Shown: piece after piece, positions 1 to 9,939 of the stretch | How positions within the stretch are numbered: the first letter of the stretch is position 1 | How the letters are laid out: each line of letters begins with the position of its first letter | NCBI GenBank assembly: GCA_965261125.1 | Contig: CBDHCS010000005.1 | Span: 4,902-68,901, forward strand | DNA length: 64,000 nt | Direction: 5' to 3' | Source: Candidatus Poribacteria bacterium | Lineage (GTDB): Bacteria; Poribacteria; WGA-4E; WGA-3G | Position numbers and translations under genes: made by a program | The notes under the pieces: model-generated | Told to the model about the DNA's origin: nothing | Database searches by the model: none | What the model saw: only the letters and a program-made list of their open reading frames with translations

Positions 1-419
1 TTGCACCTGATGAAGTTTACCGCCACGTCTATGAACATGTGTCATTAGGGAAGATTCACTTGTTAGCTCAAACCTTGCGGACCTTAGAACTTACTTCTGA
101 TGGTAAGATAGCTTGGGTTTTGGTTACGCAATCGATGCTAAAAGAAACGAAAACAACCATGGATGATATGGAAGGTTTTGTCAATCAGATTAAAGCCATT
201 GAAAGTGTTGAAGTTGCTATCTGTGTTTGCGAGTTACCAGGCGGCAAGACCAAGGTAAGCTTACGCAGCGAAGGTCGTGTTAATGTTGCTGCACTCGCGG
301 CGGAATTCAACGGTGGCGGGCATGAACGCGCTTCCGGATGTCGTATTGATCTTCCTCATGCACCTGCTATAAAGGCACTTTTAGCGAGTGCCAAGCAGCA
401 TGTTCAAGAAATTTGTTGA
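1..419 (+). CDS. C-terminal part of a DHH/DHHA1 phosphoesterase (NrnA-like oligoribonuclease / pAp phosphatase); the 5' end lies outside the window
   Basis: ORF 39..419 is open to the window edge. It carries a DHHA1-type GGGH motif (FNGGGHERASG). Confidence 0.55.
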   Translation, partial: APDEVYRHVYEHVSLGKIHLLAQTLRTLELTSDGKIAWVLVTQSMLKETKTTMDDMEGFVNQIKAIESVEVAICVCELPGGKTKVSLRSEGRVNVAALAAEFNGGGHERASGCRIDLPHAPAIKALLASAKQHVQEIC

Positions 420-500
420 TTTTTGTGTTCGGCTCTAACGGCACTATATCTACTCCGCAAAGTATATTACTGAGGAAGTAACAATTAGTGGAGAAAAGTT

Positions 501-1442
501 TTGCAAACCTACGATAATTTCGAATCTATCACCGAATTAACGCAGAACTCAGTTGTTACATTTGGCGTATTTGATGGATTACATATCGGTCACCAAGATG
601 TACTCAAAACAGTTCGTGCATGCGCTGATGCCGATGAACTTGTAAGCGTTCTGTTTGGGTTTTATCCACATCCCTTGGCATTCCTTGCGCCGGAAAAATG
701 CCCACCCGTTTTAATGTGCCTGCCGAAACGTATAGAAACACTTGAACAACTCGGAATAGACATTGCAATTTTTGTTAACTTCAATGAACAGATCGCATCA
801 ATGTCACCGCACACTTTTGTGAATAGTGTTTTGCTTGAGTCGTGCCGTGCCAAACATGTAGTTGTCGGTTATGCCTGCCAATTTGGAAAAGATCGGGAAG
901 GGAATGCAGCGTTATTGGAATCTATAGGCGAGCAGTTGCAATTTGGTGTTACGGTTGTTCCGCCGACTCAATTAAACGGTTTACCGGTACATAGCACACG
1001 CATCCGACAAGCAATTGCAAGAGGGGACCTCGGCTTAGCAGCGCAGCTGTTAGGAAGGATCTACTCCTTGAGTGGTACTATCATACGCGGCGATGGGCGC
1101 GGTAGGCAACTCGGTTTTCCTACTGCAAACATTGAACCGGGTGAACAACTTTGTCCCCCCAACGGTGTTTATGCTATTCGTGCAAAATTAGTAGACCGTT
1201 GGTTAGATGGTGTTTTAAACATTGGAATCCGGCCAACCTTTAATGGGACAAAATTTCAGGTAGAGAGCCACTTTTTTAATTTTAATGAAGCCATATATGA
1301 CGAAAATATAGAAATATTCTTTATTGAAAAGATTCGTAGCGAACGTAAATTCTCGAACATGCGTGCTTTGGTACAACAGATTCATAGGGATATCGCTGTT
1401 GCTGATGAAATACTTGCGCAGCAACCTAAGACGCATTTATAG
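501..1442 (+). CDS. ribF: Bifunctional riboflavin kinase / FMN adenylyltransferase
   Basis: 313 aa. N-terminal nucleotidyltransferase motif GVFDGLHIGHQ and a C-terminal riboflavin-kinase region. TTG start at 501. Confidence 0.85.
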   Translation: MQTYDNFESITELTQNSVVTFGVFDGLHIGHQDVLKTVRACADADELVSVLFGFYPHPLAFLAPEKCPPVLMCLPKRIETLEQLGIDIAIFVNFNEQIASMSPHTFVNSVLLESCRAKHVVVGYACQFGKDREGNAALLESIGEQLQFGVTVVPPTQLNGLPVHSTRIRQAIARGDLGLAAQLLGRIYSLSGTIIRGDGRGRQLGFPTANIEPGEQLCPPNGVYAIRAKLVDRWLDGVLNIGIRPTFNGTKFQVESHFFNFNEAIYDENIEIFFIEKIRSERKFSNMRALVQQIHRDIAVADEILAQQPKTHL

Positions 1443-1463
1443 TGAATCCAAAATCTAATCATT

Positions 1464-2099
1464 TTATAGTCGGTTTCCTACCCACAGAACGCCTCTGCGG
1501 ACTACCTCTTGAAAACTCGAATTTTCAAGCACAGCCATATCGTGTCCCAAGGCGAAATAGAAAATCCTACCCTCGCCATATTTATGGTGGAACGCCATAA
1601 CATGAGTTTCGTCCTTAGTGTTGTCATAAGCGTGCATCAGATGCTGCGAAGTGTCAGGATTGTGTTTTAGATAGTAGAGTTCATCTGTTACCTCAAAATC
1701 AGTTAACCCAGCGGAAATTGGATGATCAGAGTCGCTTACGTTGACTGTGAAATCCATATAAGGACTATGCCCGTTGAAAAATCCGTTGAGCATGCTGTGA
1801 TAGCCTTCAGATTCTCGGAAGGAAGCAGCTGCAGTGTGCAATCCAAAAAATCCACCACCTGATCGGATATAGTTGAGTAATCCTGCCTCTTGTTCCGCTG
1901 TAAGTTCACCAACATCGGTATAGAAAAGTACAGTGTTATAGATGTTAAGACCATCGGCAAGCACAGCGTAATCTCGTGAAAAATCGGCTTCAATGTTATC
2001 AGTGTTGTTAAGCATCTTTGTTAGGAACTTTCCGTTCCCTTCATGGTCGTGATAAATACCTTCTGTCCCGATAAATACAAGTGATTTAAGAATGTCCAT
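1464..2099 (-). CDS. ThuA-like (trehalose-utilisation, class-I glutamine-amidotransferase-like fold) protein
   Basis: 211 aa. GGGFFGLH motif typical of the ThuA family. Confidence 0.6.
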   Translation of the reverse strand: MDILKSLVFIGTEGIYHDHEGNGKFLTKMLNNTDNIEADFSRDYAVLADGLNIYNTVLFYTDVGELTAEQEAGLLNYIRSGGGFFGLHTAAASFRESEGYHSMLNGFFNGHSPYMDFTVNVSDSDHPISAGLTDFEVTDELYYLKHNPDTSQHLMHAYDNTKDETHVMAFHHKYGEGRIFYFALGHDMAVLENSSFQEVVRRGVLWVGNRL

Positions 2100-2109
2100 T
2101 TTTCTCCTT

Positions 2110-3141
2110 TTAATTGTTAGGCATCACAAGAACTTTTACGGAACCGTGTTCATCCCGTCCCGCTGCAACGGCAAAAGCTTGTGAAATCTCGTCCAATCTG
2201 AAACGGTGTGTGATCAATGGGGTAGGGTCAAGTTTGCGGGCAGCAAGCAGGTCAATAGCAATTTGGAACTCGGTTTTGCCACCACGCCTGCCATAACAAA
2301 ATGACCATAGGACCGTCAATTCACGACTGCGGGCAAACCGTTCTGAAAAGGTGAGTGGCGCGCCATGCCCGCCGACCATACAGACTCGCCCCCGTTTTGC
2401 TGCAATCTGCGTTGCTTGTTCCAACGTGTTTGCCTTACCACCGACTGCTTCAAAAACGACATCAGCCCCGCGCCCGTTGCTCCAATCCATGATGGCTTCC
2501 ACAGCATCAGTTTTATCTACATTAATTGGCACGGCACTGACTGCTTCATGGGCAATTTGTATGGGGGTATCCGGCTTTCCTAAAACTGCAATGGATGTCG
2601 CCCCTGCCACATTCGCTACCTGTGCAATCGTCAAACCGACGGGACCGCTCCCGATAATCGCAACGCGGTCACCAGGTGAGACCATCGCCCTATTGACAGC
2701 ATGTACTGCAACTGCATATACCTCTGCCAATGCACCACCTTCAGCGGAGACGCTATCTGGAAGAGAATAAGCATTTGAGGTGCGTGCAACCATATACTCA
2801 GCAAAACCGCCACCAGCGTGTCGTAAATTTCCACAGATATTATAGTAACCGTTGTAACATTCCGGACAATTGTTACATGGACTAATCGGCTCAATTGCGA
2901 CACGTTCCCCTGCTTTATGTTCGGTAACGTCTTTTCCTATATCTACAATTTGTCCCGTTAATTCATGTCCACCGATGCGAGGTGACAAAGGTTTATCCGG
3001 TTGATGGTGATATCCGTGCAGATCGCTTCCACAGATACCTGCCGCTTCTACCTGTACCAGGACCTGTCCAGTTTCTGGCGTTGGGTCAGGAACTGTTTCA
3101 ACTCGAATATCTTTTCCGCCGTAAAATTGGGCTGCTTTCAT
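2110..3141 (-). CDS. Zinc-dependent alcohol dehydrogenase family (sorbitol/threonine dehydrogenase-like)
   Basis: GICGSDLHGY zinc-ADH signature and a GxGxxG Rossmann motif (IGSGPVG). ATG at 3141 (MKAAQFYGG) is preceded by GGAGGG; the longer ORF extends to 3183. Confidence 0.85.
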   Translation of the reverse strand: MKAAQFYGGKDIRVETVPDPTPETGQVLVQVEAAGICGSDLHGYHHQPDKPLSPRIGGHELTGQIVDIGKDVTEHKAGERVAIEPISPCNNCPECYNGYYNICGNLRHAGGGFAEYMVARTSNAYSLPDSVSAEGGALAEVYAVAVHAVNRAMVSPGDRVAIIGSGPVGLTIAQVANVAGATSIAVLGKPDTPIQIAHEAVSAVPINVDKTDAVEAIMDWSNGRGADVVFEAVGGKANTLEQATQIAAKRGRVCMVGGHGAPLTFSERFARSRELTVLWSFCYGRRGGKTEFQIAIDLLAARKLDPTPLITHRFRLDEISQAFAVAAGRDEHGSVKVLVMPNN

Positions 3142-3218
3142 ATTCCCTCCACATGTGCTAAAAGTCTGTATAAAGCGTAGCACAGATAAAAGATTACGTC
3201 AAAGCGTTTTCTATATCA

Positions 3219-3351
3219 CAGGACTTACGCATTCCCCCCGCTTGCGGGGGGATAAAGGGGGGTAAAACCTTGAAAAGGACAAAAAATCAGGGTTAATATC
3301 CGTGAAAGGACAAAATTCTAAACAGGGATACTTGAATTTGCGTAAGTCCTG
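3219..3351. repeat. MITE-like element, family A copy 1. Terminal inverted repeats CAGGACTTACGCA ... TGCGTAAGTCCTG, with internal core CGCTTGCGGGGGGATAAAGGGGGG
   Basis: Perfect 13-bp TIRs. The same element recurs at 7677, 17150, 20231 and 28289. Confidence 0.8.
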
Positions 3352-3451
3352 TATCAATAGGGTTATTTAGTTTTCTGTCTTTCTTGCGAAGTTTATCACA
3401 AATGTTAATATTATGTAATATTCTGTAGGCCGGGTAGAGATCAGTGGAACC

Positions 3452-3621
3452 CCATAGGTGTCAACTGAAGGAAATATTTCTTGTTCTAAAAACCCTTCTG
3501 AATTAGCATGACGATTCGGACTGTCCCATATTTCAGTCCCGACAAATATCAAAAAGCACATTTGTCGGGACTGAAGAGGGTTGCCCATGTTTAGAAAACC
3601 CTTAAATTGACACCTATAGTG
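3452..3621. repeat. Palindromic intergenic element (family F). Outer inverted repeat CCATAGGTGTCAA / TTGACACCTATAGTG encloses a 14-bp-stem hairpin (3534..3573). It is followed by a REP-like hairpin GTGCGGTTTgaaACCACAC
   Basis: Inverted repeats read directly. The right-end motif (TTAAATTGACaCCTATaGTGCGGTTTCCTAACC) recurs at 7610..7646. Confidence 0.6.
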
Positions 3622-3761
3622 CGGTTTGAAACCACACCTCTGAGTTAGCGGGCCAACTGATACGCTAAACCCACATCTATGGTTGTCAACGTTTACGAAT
3701 AAACACCGGGGTTGTGTCGATCATTGATGAAGGGTTGTTTGCTGGTAATACTGTGAGGCAA

Positions 3762-6068
3762 CTAACGAATCTGCCATAGCAGGATTGTGCCGTCGTAGCT
3801 GCCGCTGACAATAGTGTTTCCATCTGGAGAAAGAGCCACAGTGTGAACACCTTCCGTATGTCCTGTGAGTGTATTTTTGTGTTCTCCAGTATGTGCGTTC
3901 CACAATCGCACCGTCTTATCATGGCTGCCAGTAGCGATCGTCTTTCCATCCGGAAAAAATACTATGGAGAAAACTACTTCTGTATGCCCACTGAGTGTCG
4001 CTATATGTTTACCTGTGCTTGCGTCCCATAACTGCACTGGAGGATTGTCGCCGGTTTCTGTAGGGTCCAGGGTTGTAAGTTCGCCCGTATTTGCGCCCCT
4101 CAAGTGCTGTGGGGCGTTCTCGCCGTAAATTCCGGTAGCGAGAGTGTTTCCATCTGGAGAAAACGCTACAGACTTGACAGCCCCCTTATGTCGTAATGTG
4201 TTTTTGTGTTCTCCAGTCCGTGCGTTCCACAATCGCACTGTCTTGTCAGCACTTGCACTGGCGATAGTTTCTCCATCCGGAGAAAATGCCACGGAATAGA
4301 TCGGACCTGTATGTCCTTTGAAAGTTGATATGTTTTTTTCTGTTTGCGTATCCCACAAACGTACCGTGTTATCGAGGCTTCCTGAAACGATCGTGTTTCC
4401 GTCTGGAGAAAATGCCACGGAATAGATCCCTTCTGTATGTCCTTTGAAAGTTGATATGTTTTTTCCTATTTGTGCGTCCCACAATTGCACTGTATTGTCA
4501 AACTTTCCACCAGTAACTATCATATTCCCATCCGGAGAAAACATTACGGAATCAACATCACCCGTGTTCCGTCCTATGAGTGTATTTTTGTTTTTTCCTG
4601 TTCGTGTGTCCCACAACTGCACTGTTCCATCATGATGACCACTAACAATGGTTTTACCGTCCGGAGATAACACTATGGAAGTGATCGACCACGTATGTCC
4701 TGGGAGGGTGTTTTTGCGTTTTCCTGTTTGTGCGTCCCACAAATGTACTGTATTGTCCCAACTCCCCGTAGCGATAGTTTTTCCGTCCGGTGAAAACACT
4801 ACAGAAGTAACAGCACCTTTATGTCCTGAGAATGTGCTTTTGTGCTTTCCTGTTTGTGCGTCCCACAACCGGGCTCTACTCCAATGCCCAGTAACGATCG
4901 TCCCTCCATCCGGTGAATACACTACGGAGCGGGCACTATCTGTGAGTCCTTTTAGTGTATTTAGTCTACTTTTGTATTCTCCACTGTTTGTGTCCCACAA
5001 ACGTACCGTGTTATCTTTACTTGTAGTAACGATCGTCCTTCCATCCGGAGAAAATGCGATAGCACGGACACTGTCTGTATGCCCAGTAAGTGTATTTTTG
5101 TTCTTTCCTGCCTGAGTATCCCACAACCGCACTGTTTTGTCCTCACTCCCAATCGCAAGAATGTTTCCATTCGGGGAAAATGCTAAAGAAACGACATTAG
5201 GAGGAAATGCTGCAGAAGTGGCATAATCTGGTGGACCTCCTGTGGATACAGCCAAATCTGTACCTCCTGTGAATATAATTTTGTGTTCTCCTGTCTGAGT
5301 ATCCCACAACCGCACTGTGTTATCTCCACTACTCAGGGTAGCGATAGTAGCACTATTAGGGGAAAATGCTATAGAAGTAACAGACGATGTATGTCCTTCG
5401 AGTGTAGCTAAGTTTGTCCCTGTCCGTGTATCCCATAGCCGGACAGTTTTGTCATAACTTGCTGTAACAATCGTTCCTCCATCCGAAGAGAATGCGATGG
5501 CACAGACACTGTCCGTATGTCCAGTAAACAAGTCAATTTCTTTTTCTTTACCGGGACGCGCGTCATAAATCCAAATTCCGATGGAACTTGCAACGGCAAG
5601 CCGAGTACCATCCGGCGAGAAAGCGACATTTCCTGTTATATCACCTTTACCGAGGCGCGCTTTTGCACCTTCGGGCAGCGCCCATTGTGTATAGTCTACT
5701 GAGTCGGATAAACTCTGATTTGATTCCTGTCCCGTGCCATTACCTCTACCGGGAGTATCAGAATTATTTCCAACTATATTTCGAATATCCGGTTTTGCAT
5801 CAATCTCCTGGACTATAGGTGCATCAATAAGTTCTACTGCCATCTCAGACTGCATGTCCAAACTATAAGGTTGCTGGAAGCGCGCTAAATTCTTACTGCC
5901 CATGCCAAGTATGAACACAATCAAAATGGCACCAGATGCAGCCAACACCCACGGCATAAAAGGATTGCTTCCAGAAGGTGCAACAGGATTAAGATGTGCA
6001 ACTTCTCTCATTATGTTTTCAGTTAAGTTTGCGGATATTTGGAAATTGCTGAGTGCCTCTCTAATCAT
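3762..6068 (-). CDS. Membrane-anchored anti-sigma factor with a large periplasmic WD40 beta-propeller domain (about 14 WD repeats)
   Basis: 768 aa. The N-terminal cytoplasmic segment is followed by a TM helix (WVLAASGAILIVFILGM) and then repeated FSPDG...WD units. It lies 14 bp downstream of an ECF sigma gene, with an AAGGAGG RBS. Confidence 0.75.
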   Translation of the reverse strand: MIREALSNFQISANLTENIMREVAHLNPVAPSGSNPFMPWVLAASGAILIVFILGMGSKNLARFQQPYSLDMQSEMAVELIDAPIVQEIDAKPDIRNIVGNNSDTPGRGNGTGQESNQSLSDSVDYTQWALPEGAKARLGKGDITGNVAFSPDGTRLAVASSIGIWIYDARPGKEKEIDLFTGHTDSVCAIAFSSDGGTIVTASYDKTVRLWDTRTGTNLATLEGHTSSVTSIAFSPNSATIATLSSGDNTVRLWDTQTGEHKIIFTGGTDLAVSTGGPPDYATSAAFPPNVVSLAFSPNGNILAIGSEDKTVRLWDTQAGKNKNTLTGHTDSVRAIAFSPDGRTIVTTSKDNTVRLWDTNSGEYKSRLNTLKGLTDSARSVVYSPDGGTIVTGHWSRARLWDAQTGKHKSTFSGHKGAVTSVVFSPDGKTIATGSWDNTVHLWDAQTGKRKNTLPGHTWSITSIVLSPDGKTIVSGHHDGTVQLWDTRTGKNKNTLIGRNTGDVDSVMFSPDGNMIVTGGKFDNTVQLWDAQIGKNISTFKGHTEGIYSVAFSPDGNTIVSGSLDNTVRLWDTQTEKNISTFKGHTGPIYSVAFSPDGETIASASADKTVRLWNARTGEHKNTLRHKGAVKSVAFSPDGNTLATGIYGENAPQHLRGANTGELTTLDPTETGDNPPVQLWDASTGKHIATLSGHTEVVFSIVFFPDGKTIATGSHDKTVRLWNAHTGEHKNTLTGHTEGVHTVALSPDGNTIVSGSYDGTILLWQIR

Positions 6069-6082
6069 CGGTTCCTCCTTCT

Positions 6083-6628
6083 TTAGTCTTGCCTTGCACG
6101 GCTGAGCCTACTCTTAATCGCACTTGACGATACACCTAAAAATCTGCTAATCTCTTCACACGTCATGTTGCCGAAGTAGTGTAGGACCATTACCGTCCGC
6201 TCACTCTCTTTTAGTTTAGAGAGCAACTTTTTGACGACTTCGCGTTGTTCATCTACCGTAACTTTTGCTTGTTCTGTAGCGACATATTGGGAATATGTCG
6301 GTTCTTCTATTATCTCAGTATCTATGTCTTCAAGCGATTCTGTCTCCAGGTGTTTTTTACGGAGCCATGCAAGGCATTGGCGCGTTGCAATTACGTATAG
6401 CCATCCAGAAAACTGATTCGGGTTTTTCAAGGTTGCCAATTTTTGATAGACCTTGAGAAAAGTATCTTGCGTAATTTCTTCAGCGATGTGAAAATCGCCT
6501 ATTTTCCGCCAAGCGAGTGCATGCACCTGTTTTTGGTATTTTTCCACCAAACTGGCAAAGGCAGTATCATCACCTGCAAGGATACTATATATCAGTTCAG
6601 CATCGTTATTTTTCATCAGATACCTCAA
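6083..6628 (-). CDS. ECF-type RNA polymerase sigma factor (sigma-70 family, regions 2 and 4)
   Basis: 181 aa. Region-2-like (DDTAFASLVEKYQKQVHALAWRKIGD) and region-4 HTH (MTCEEISRFLGVSSSAIKSRLSRAR). Confidence 0.85.
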   Translation of the reverse strand: MRYLMKNNDAELIYSILAGDDTAFASLVEKYQKQVHALAWRKIGDFHIAEEITQDTFLKVYQKLATLKNPNQFSGWLYVIATRQCLAWLRKKHLETESLEDIDTEIIEEPTYSQYVATEQAKVTVDEQREVVKKLLSKLKESERTVMVLHYFGNMTCEEISRFLGVSSSAIKSRLSRARQD

Positions 6629-6875
6629 AAAAGTGATAAATTAATGTCCTCTATATATAGTGACGCGGGGAGAGGGCAAAACGGTCGCATAATTCTGAAA
6701 AAAACTGTGGTTCAAGCTGTTTTTTCATGGAATAGATAGATTTCACAGGGGAATTTATTTCACAAACTGGAAAATTTGAAAAGATGTTGAGCTGCTGATT
6801 ATCTCTATGGGGAGGTGTGGTTTCAGCGTGGGGAGACCTATTCAGAAGCAACTTTTTGTTTGATGTGGCACGCAA

Positions 6876-7076
6876 TTAACGTACCTTCCATAGCAGAATT
6901 GTACCATCATCACTACCGCTGGCAATCATGTTTCCATCTGGTGAAAACGCAACGGAAGTGAGGCTAAACGGATCCGCAGAGTGGGTATTAGTGTGTTCTT
7001 TTGTGCGGGTATCCATAGGCGTCAATTTAAGAAAAGTAAGAACGATTTTTTGAAAAAAGTTGTTAAATGAAAACAC
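6876..7076 (-). pseudogene. Orphan fragment of a WD40 gene (last blade only)
   Basis: VAFSPDGNMIASGSDDGTILLWKVR matches the C-terminus of the 3762..6068 protein (VALSPDGNTIVSGSYDGTILLWQIR). There is no upstream propeller. Confidence 0.4.
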
Positions 7077-7129
7077 CTTTTGTATAATATAGAAAAATAA
7101 CCTTTATATTGAACAGAGAGGTGTTTCCA

Positions 7130-7474
7130 ATGAATACATTATCACAAATTCCTGAAAAAATGCAACAGATTCTGACAATGACTGATGATGATGCAGCACG
7201 CAATACAGGTTTTGTCAAAAGAAACCGCAAACTGACAGGCAGTCAGTTCGTGCAAACACTTGTTTTCAGTTGGTTAGAAAACCCAGATGCCACCTATACG
7301 CAACTCACACACACGGCTGGTTCCCTCGGCACACCTATCACGCGTCAAGCGATTGAACAGCGATTTACACCCGAAGCCGCAGAGACCCTCAAAGCAACTT
7401 TTGATGCTGCTGCGGTTGAGGGTATTTCTGCTGATCCACAAACGCTCCCACTTCCGCACGGACAATCACAATAG
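7130..7474 (+). mobile_element. Truncated N-terminal fragment of an IS4-family transposase
   Basis: VKRNRKLTGSQFVQTLVFSWLENPD resembles the conserved N-terminal KRRRRLPA..VVW.VLG..F motif of IS4 transposases. The ORF stops after 115 aa and has no DDE domain. Confidence 0.4.
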
Positions 7475-7676
7475 GTTTTCGCAAGTCTATCATATACCTC
7501 CGAGAAGTTTTTGATAAAATAAAACGAGCCTTTCAAAACGGATGCTATATTGAGGGCGGGCTGATAGAAACACAACATTGGAACATCTTGAAAATGCTAT
7601 ACAAAATCATTAAATTGACGCCTATGGTGCGGTTTCCTAACCGCACTTATTAGGGTGTTCACATGTTTCAAATTTA

Positions 7677-7795
7677 CCGGACTTACGCATTCCCCCCGCT
7701 TGCGGGGTTAGGGGGGTAAAATAGGCAGAAATTGGAGTTTTTAACCCTCTAAAACCCTTATCAGGGGAACTTTTAAACACATTACGTAAGTCCTG
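7677..7795. repeat. MITE-like element, family A copy 2 (shorter variant)
   Basis: TIRs CCGGACTTACGCA / TACGTAAGTCCTG, with the CGCTTGCGGGG core. Confidence 0.7.
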
Positions 7796-7842
7796 TTTAC
7801 TATAAGTTTTATAATACCACATTTTACAAATAAGGAATTTTT

Positions 7843-8637
7843 ATGGACATCATTTGTGCTTCTATCTGCTACCGAGGCTATGCTGAAGACGAAGTCACCG
7901 CAACCTTGAAATACGCGCCAAAAATCGGCTACCGCGCTATGGAGATTCACGGACCGCTTATCTGGAGCGTTGATGCTGTCCACGCATTTGACGTGGATGG
8001 CATGAAAAAGGAAATTGAAAAATCTGGCATGAAGTGTGTCGGTCTCTATCCTCCCGGTTGGGGCGGTAACGATAATGCCGATGTGAAAACACGTGCCGAA
8101 GCAATAGCGAAATGTGTAAATATTGCCGAACAACTCGACGCTACACATTTGACAACCAGCGGTGCACAACGTAGAACTGAACCTGGTGCATTAGACAGAG
8201 TGATTGCTTGTGTTCGCGAGGTATTGGCACGAATACCAGCTGAAAGTCACATCAAATTGACACTTGAACCACACCACGGAAATGTGCTTGAGCAACCAGA
8301 AGATTTTCAACGAGTATTAGACTCTATTCCTGATGAACGAGTAGGTGTCTGTATAGATACCGGACATTTCCACACGTCCGGTGTAGATACGCTTGCTGCT
8401 ATTCGTCAGTTCGGTGCACGTATCTATGCGGTGCATCTCAAAGATCATATCGGTGCTGTATCTGTCGGCATCGGGCGCGGTGAACTCAACCTTCAAGAAA
8501 TTATAGCAACACTCCAAGACGCAGACTATCAAGGCGATCTCACACTTGAACTGGAGGTAGAAGACCCAGAAAACCTACCACGCTATACTGAAGAAGCGTA
8601 TTTCTACCTTAGCGGGATGTTAGGTTTGCGTCTATAA
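7843..8637 (+). CDS. Sugar phosphate isomerase/epimerase (xylose-isomerase-like TIM barrel)
   Basis: 264 aa. Family-typical length and E/H/D-containing segments; RBS AAGGA. Confidence 0.7.
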   Translation: MDIICASICYRGYAEDEVTATLKYAPKIGYRAMEIHGPLIWSVDAVHAFDVDGMKKEIEKSGMKCVGLYPPGWGGNDNADVKTRAEAIAKCVNIAEQLDATHLTTSGAQRRTEPGALDRVIACVREVLARIPAESHIKLTLEPHHGNVLEQPEDFQRVLDSIPDERVGVCIDTGHFHTSGVDTLAAIRQFGARIYAVHLKDHIGAVSVGIGRGELNLQEIIATLQDADYQGDLTLELEVEDPENLPRYTEEAYFYLSGMLGLRL

Positions 8638-8655
8638 TAAGAATGGAAATAAAAC

Positions 8656-9879
8656 CTACTGCTGCCAACTTTCAATGAAATCTGAAACGCTATAATTTGG
8701 CGGCATCTCATTGAAATAGTACCGCATCGGTCCTGATTGAAAACCTGGCAAAAAGTGTTCTTCGTCCGTTTTCAGGAGTGCATCAAGCGGTTTGAAACGT
8801 TCCCAAAGAACAACTGCTTCCTCCCGCGTGAAACGTTCCTCAGCGAAGGGCGGTCCCCAATTAAGCGTGATGGAATGAAATCCTTTTCCGCGGTTTCGCA
8901 GGTCATCGGGAATATCTTCAAGTTCACATCCATGTGTCAGTGCCACAAAACATGCAGCTTTACATAAAAAGACTGTAGATAACAATTTTCCTTTCTCACC
9001 TCTATCTGGGTGTAATTTTTCAAGTGCTATGTGATAAGCGGTGGCATTCTTTTGAATCACAGCTTGAAGTGCGTATTCGGTCCACATTTGCATCTGATGG
9101 CTCCGTTTTTCCCACCGATCAAACATCTCTTGCACACGGGGTGAGAGATAATCCATATAATTTAGATTTGGATAGTGAGTAAAATTTGAAAACCCACCAT
9201 GTATTGTGCGGCGCATCTTCTGGCTGTAGTTGCTTCCCCAATGCAAGATTGGCAAAATATAGACCACACCATCACCTGCATTGAGATGTGTTTGCACTCC
9301 ATCTGGCAAAGGTACTCGCGGATCCGTCAACAATTGTTGGTTTTCCTCATCTGTGTTCACTCGTAGGTGGCTACCAGGGATAACCCATAAAACACTATCA
9401 TCGTAGAGTGAAAGATTCCACTGTACGTAGCGCGGTCCCGTTTCCAAAATATCATCAAGATAACCTTGTAGGGGTGCCGTATCAATCGGGTGATGATCGC
9501 GATGCCAAGCAGCAGGTCCTCGGTCACTCACTGGATTACACATAAGCATCATTTCGGTAACACCAGCATCCTCCACACCGAGCAGCTCACTACTAACGCC
9601 TTGCATGTTCTCGTGTGCCCAAATTTCAATGGCACTCGCTGTTTTTTTGTCTACAAGACCAGCGAGCGGTTCGCGTCCGAGAATTAAACGGGGTTGCGCC
9701 GAAGCCTCCCACACGCCTCCCGGTGGGTCATGTGGCTGCCGTTCCTTCACCCATATATCGAGCTGCCGTGATACCATCAGTTCATAACTTTTCCGAAGTT
9801 CATCCAGTTCATCTGGAGGAATTACTTCTCGCAGGACGAGATACCCTTCTTCGATGAATTGAATCCGATTTACTTTCAT
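8656..9879 (-). CDS. Putative Fe(II)/2-oxoglutarate oxygenase, PhyH-like
   Basis: 407 aa. HxD motif (WHRDHH) and a later His. Assignment is tentative. Confidence 0.4.
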   Translation of the reverse strand: MKVNRIQFIEEGYLVLREVIPPDELDELRKSYELMVSRQLDIWVKERQPHDPPGGVWEASAQPRLILGREPLAGLVDKKTASAIEIWAHENMQGVSSELLGVEDAGVTEMMLMCNPVSDRGPAAWHRDHHPIDTAPLQGYLDDILETGPRYVQWNLSLYDDSVLWVIPGSHLRVNTDEENQQLLTDPRVPLPDGVQTHLNAGDGVVYILPILHWGSNYSQKMRRTIHGGFSNFTHYPNLNYMDYLSPRVQEMFDRWEKRSHQMQMWTEYALQAVIQKNATAYHIALEKLHPDRGEKGKLLSTVFLCKAACFVALTHGCELEDIPDDLRNRGKGFHSITLNWGPPFAEERFTREEAVVLWERFKPLDALLKTDEEHFLPGFQSGPMRYYFNEMPPNYSVSDFIESWQQ

Positions 9880-9939
9880 AGGTTCTTTCCTAATGTGCGT
9901 TGCCCAGCGCGTTAACTAAGTCTCTTTAGTTGCTAAACG

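Noticed and set aside
3843-5115. Several 60-155-aa ORFs on the plus strand inside the WD40 anti-sigma gene (for example 4648..5115)
   Set aside because: They are antisense to a well-supported 768-aa gene. Their repetitive ...SHNCTVLS... translations are the mirror image of the WD-repeat codons, so they are not independent genes.
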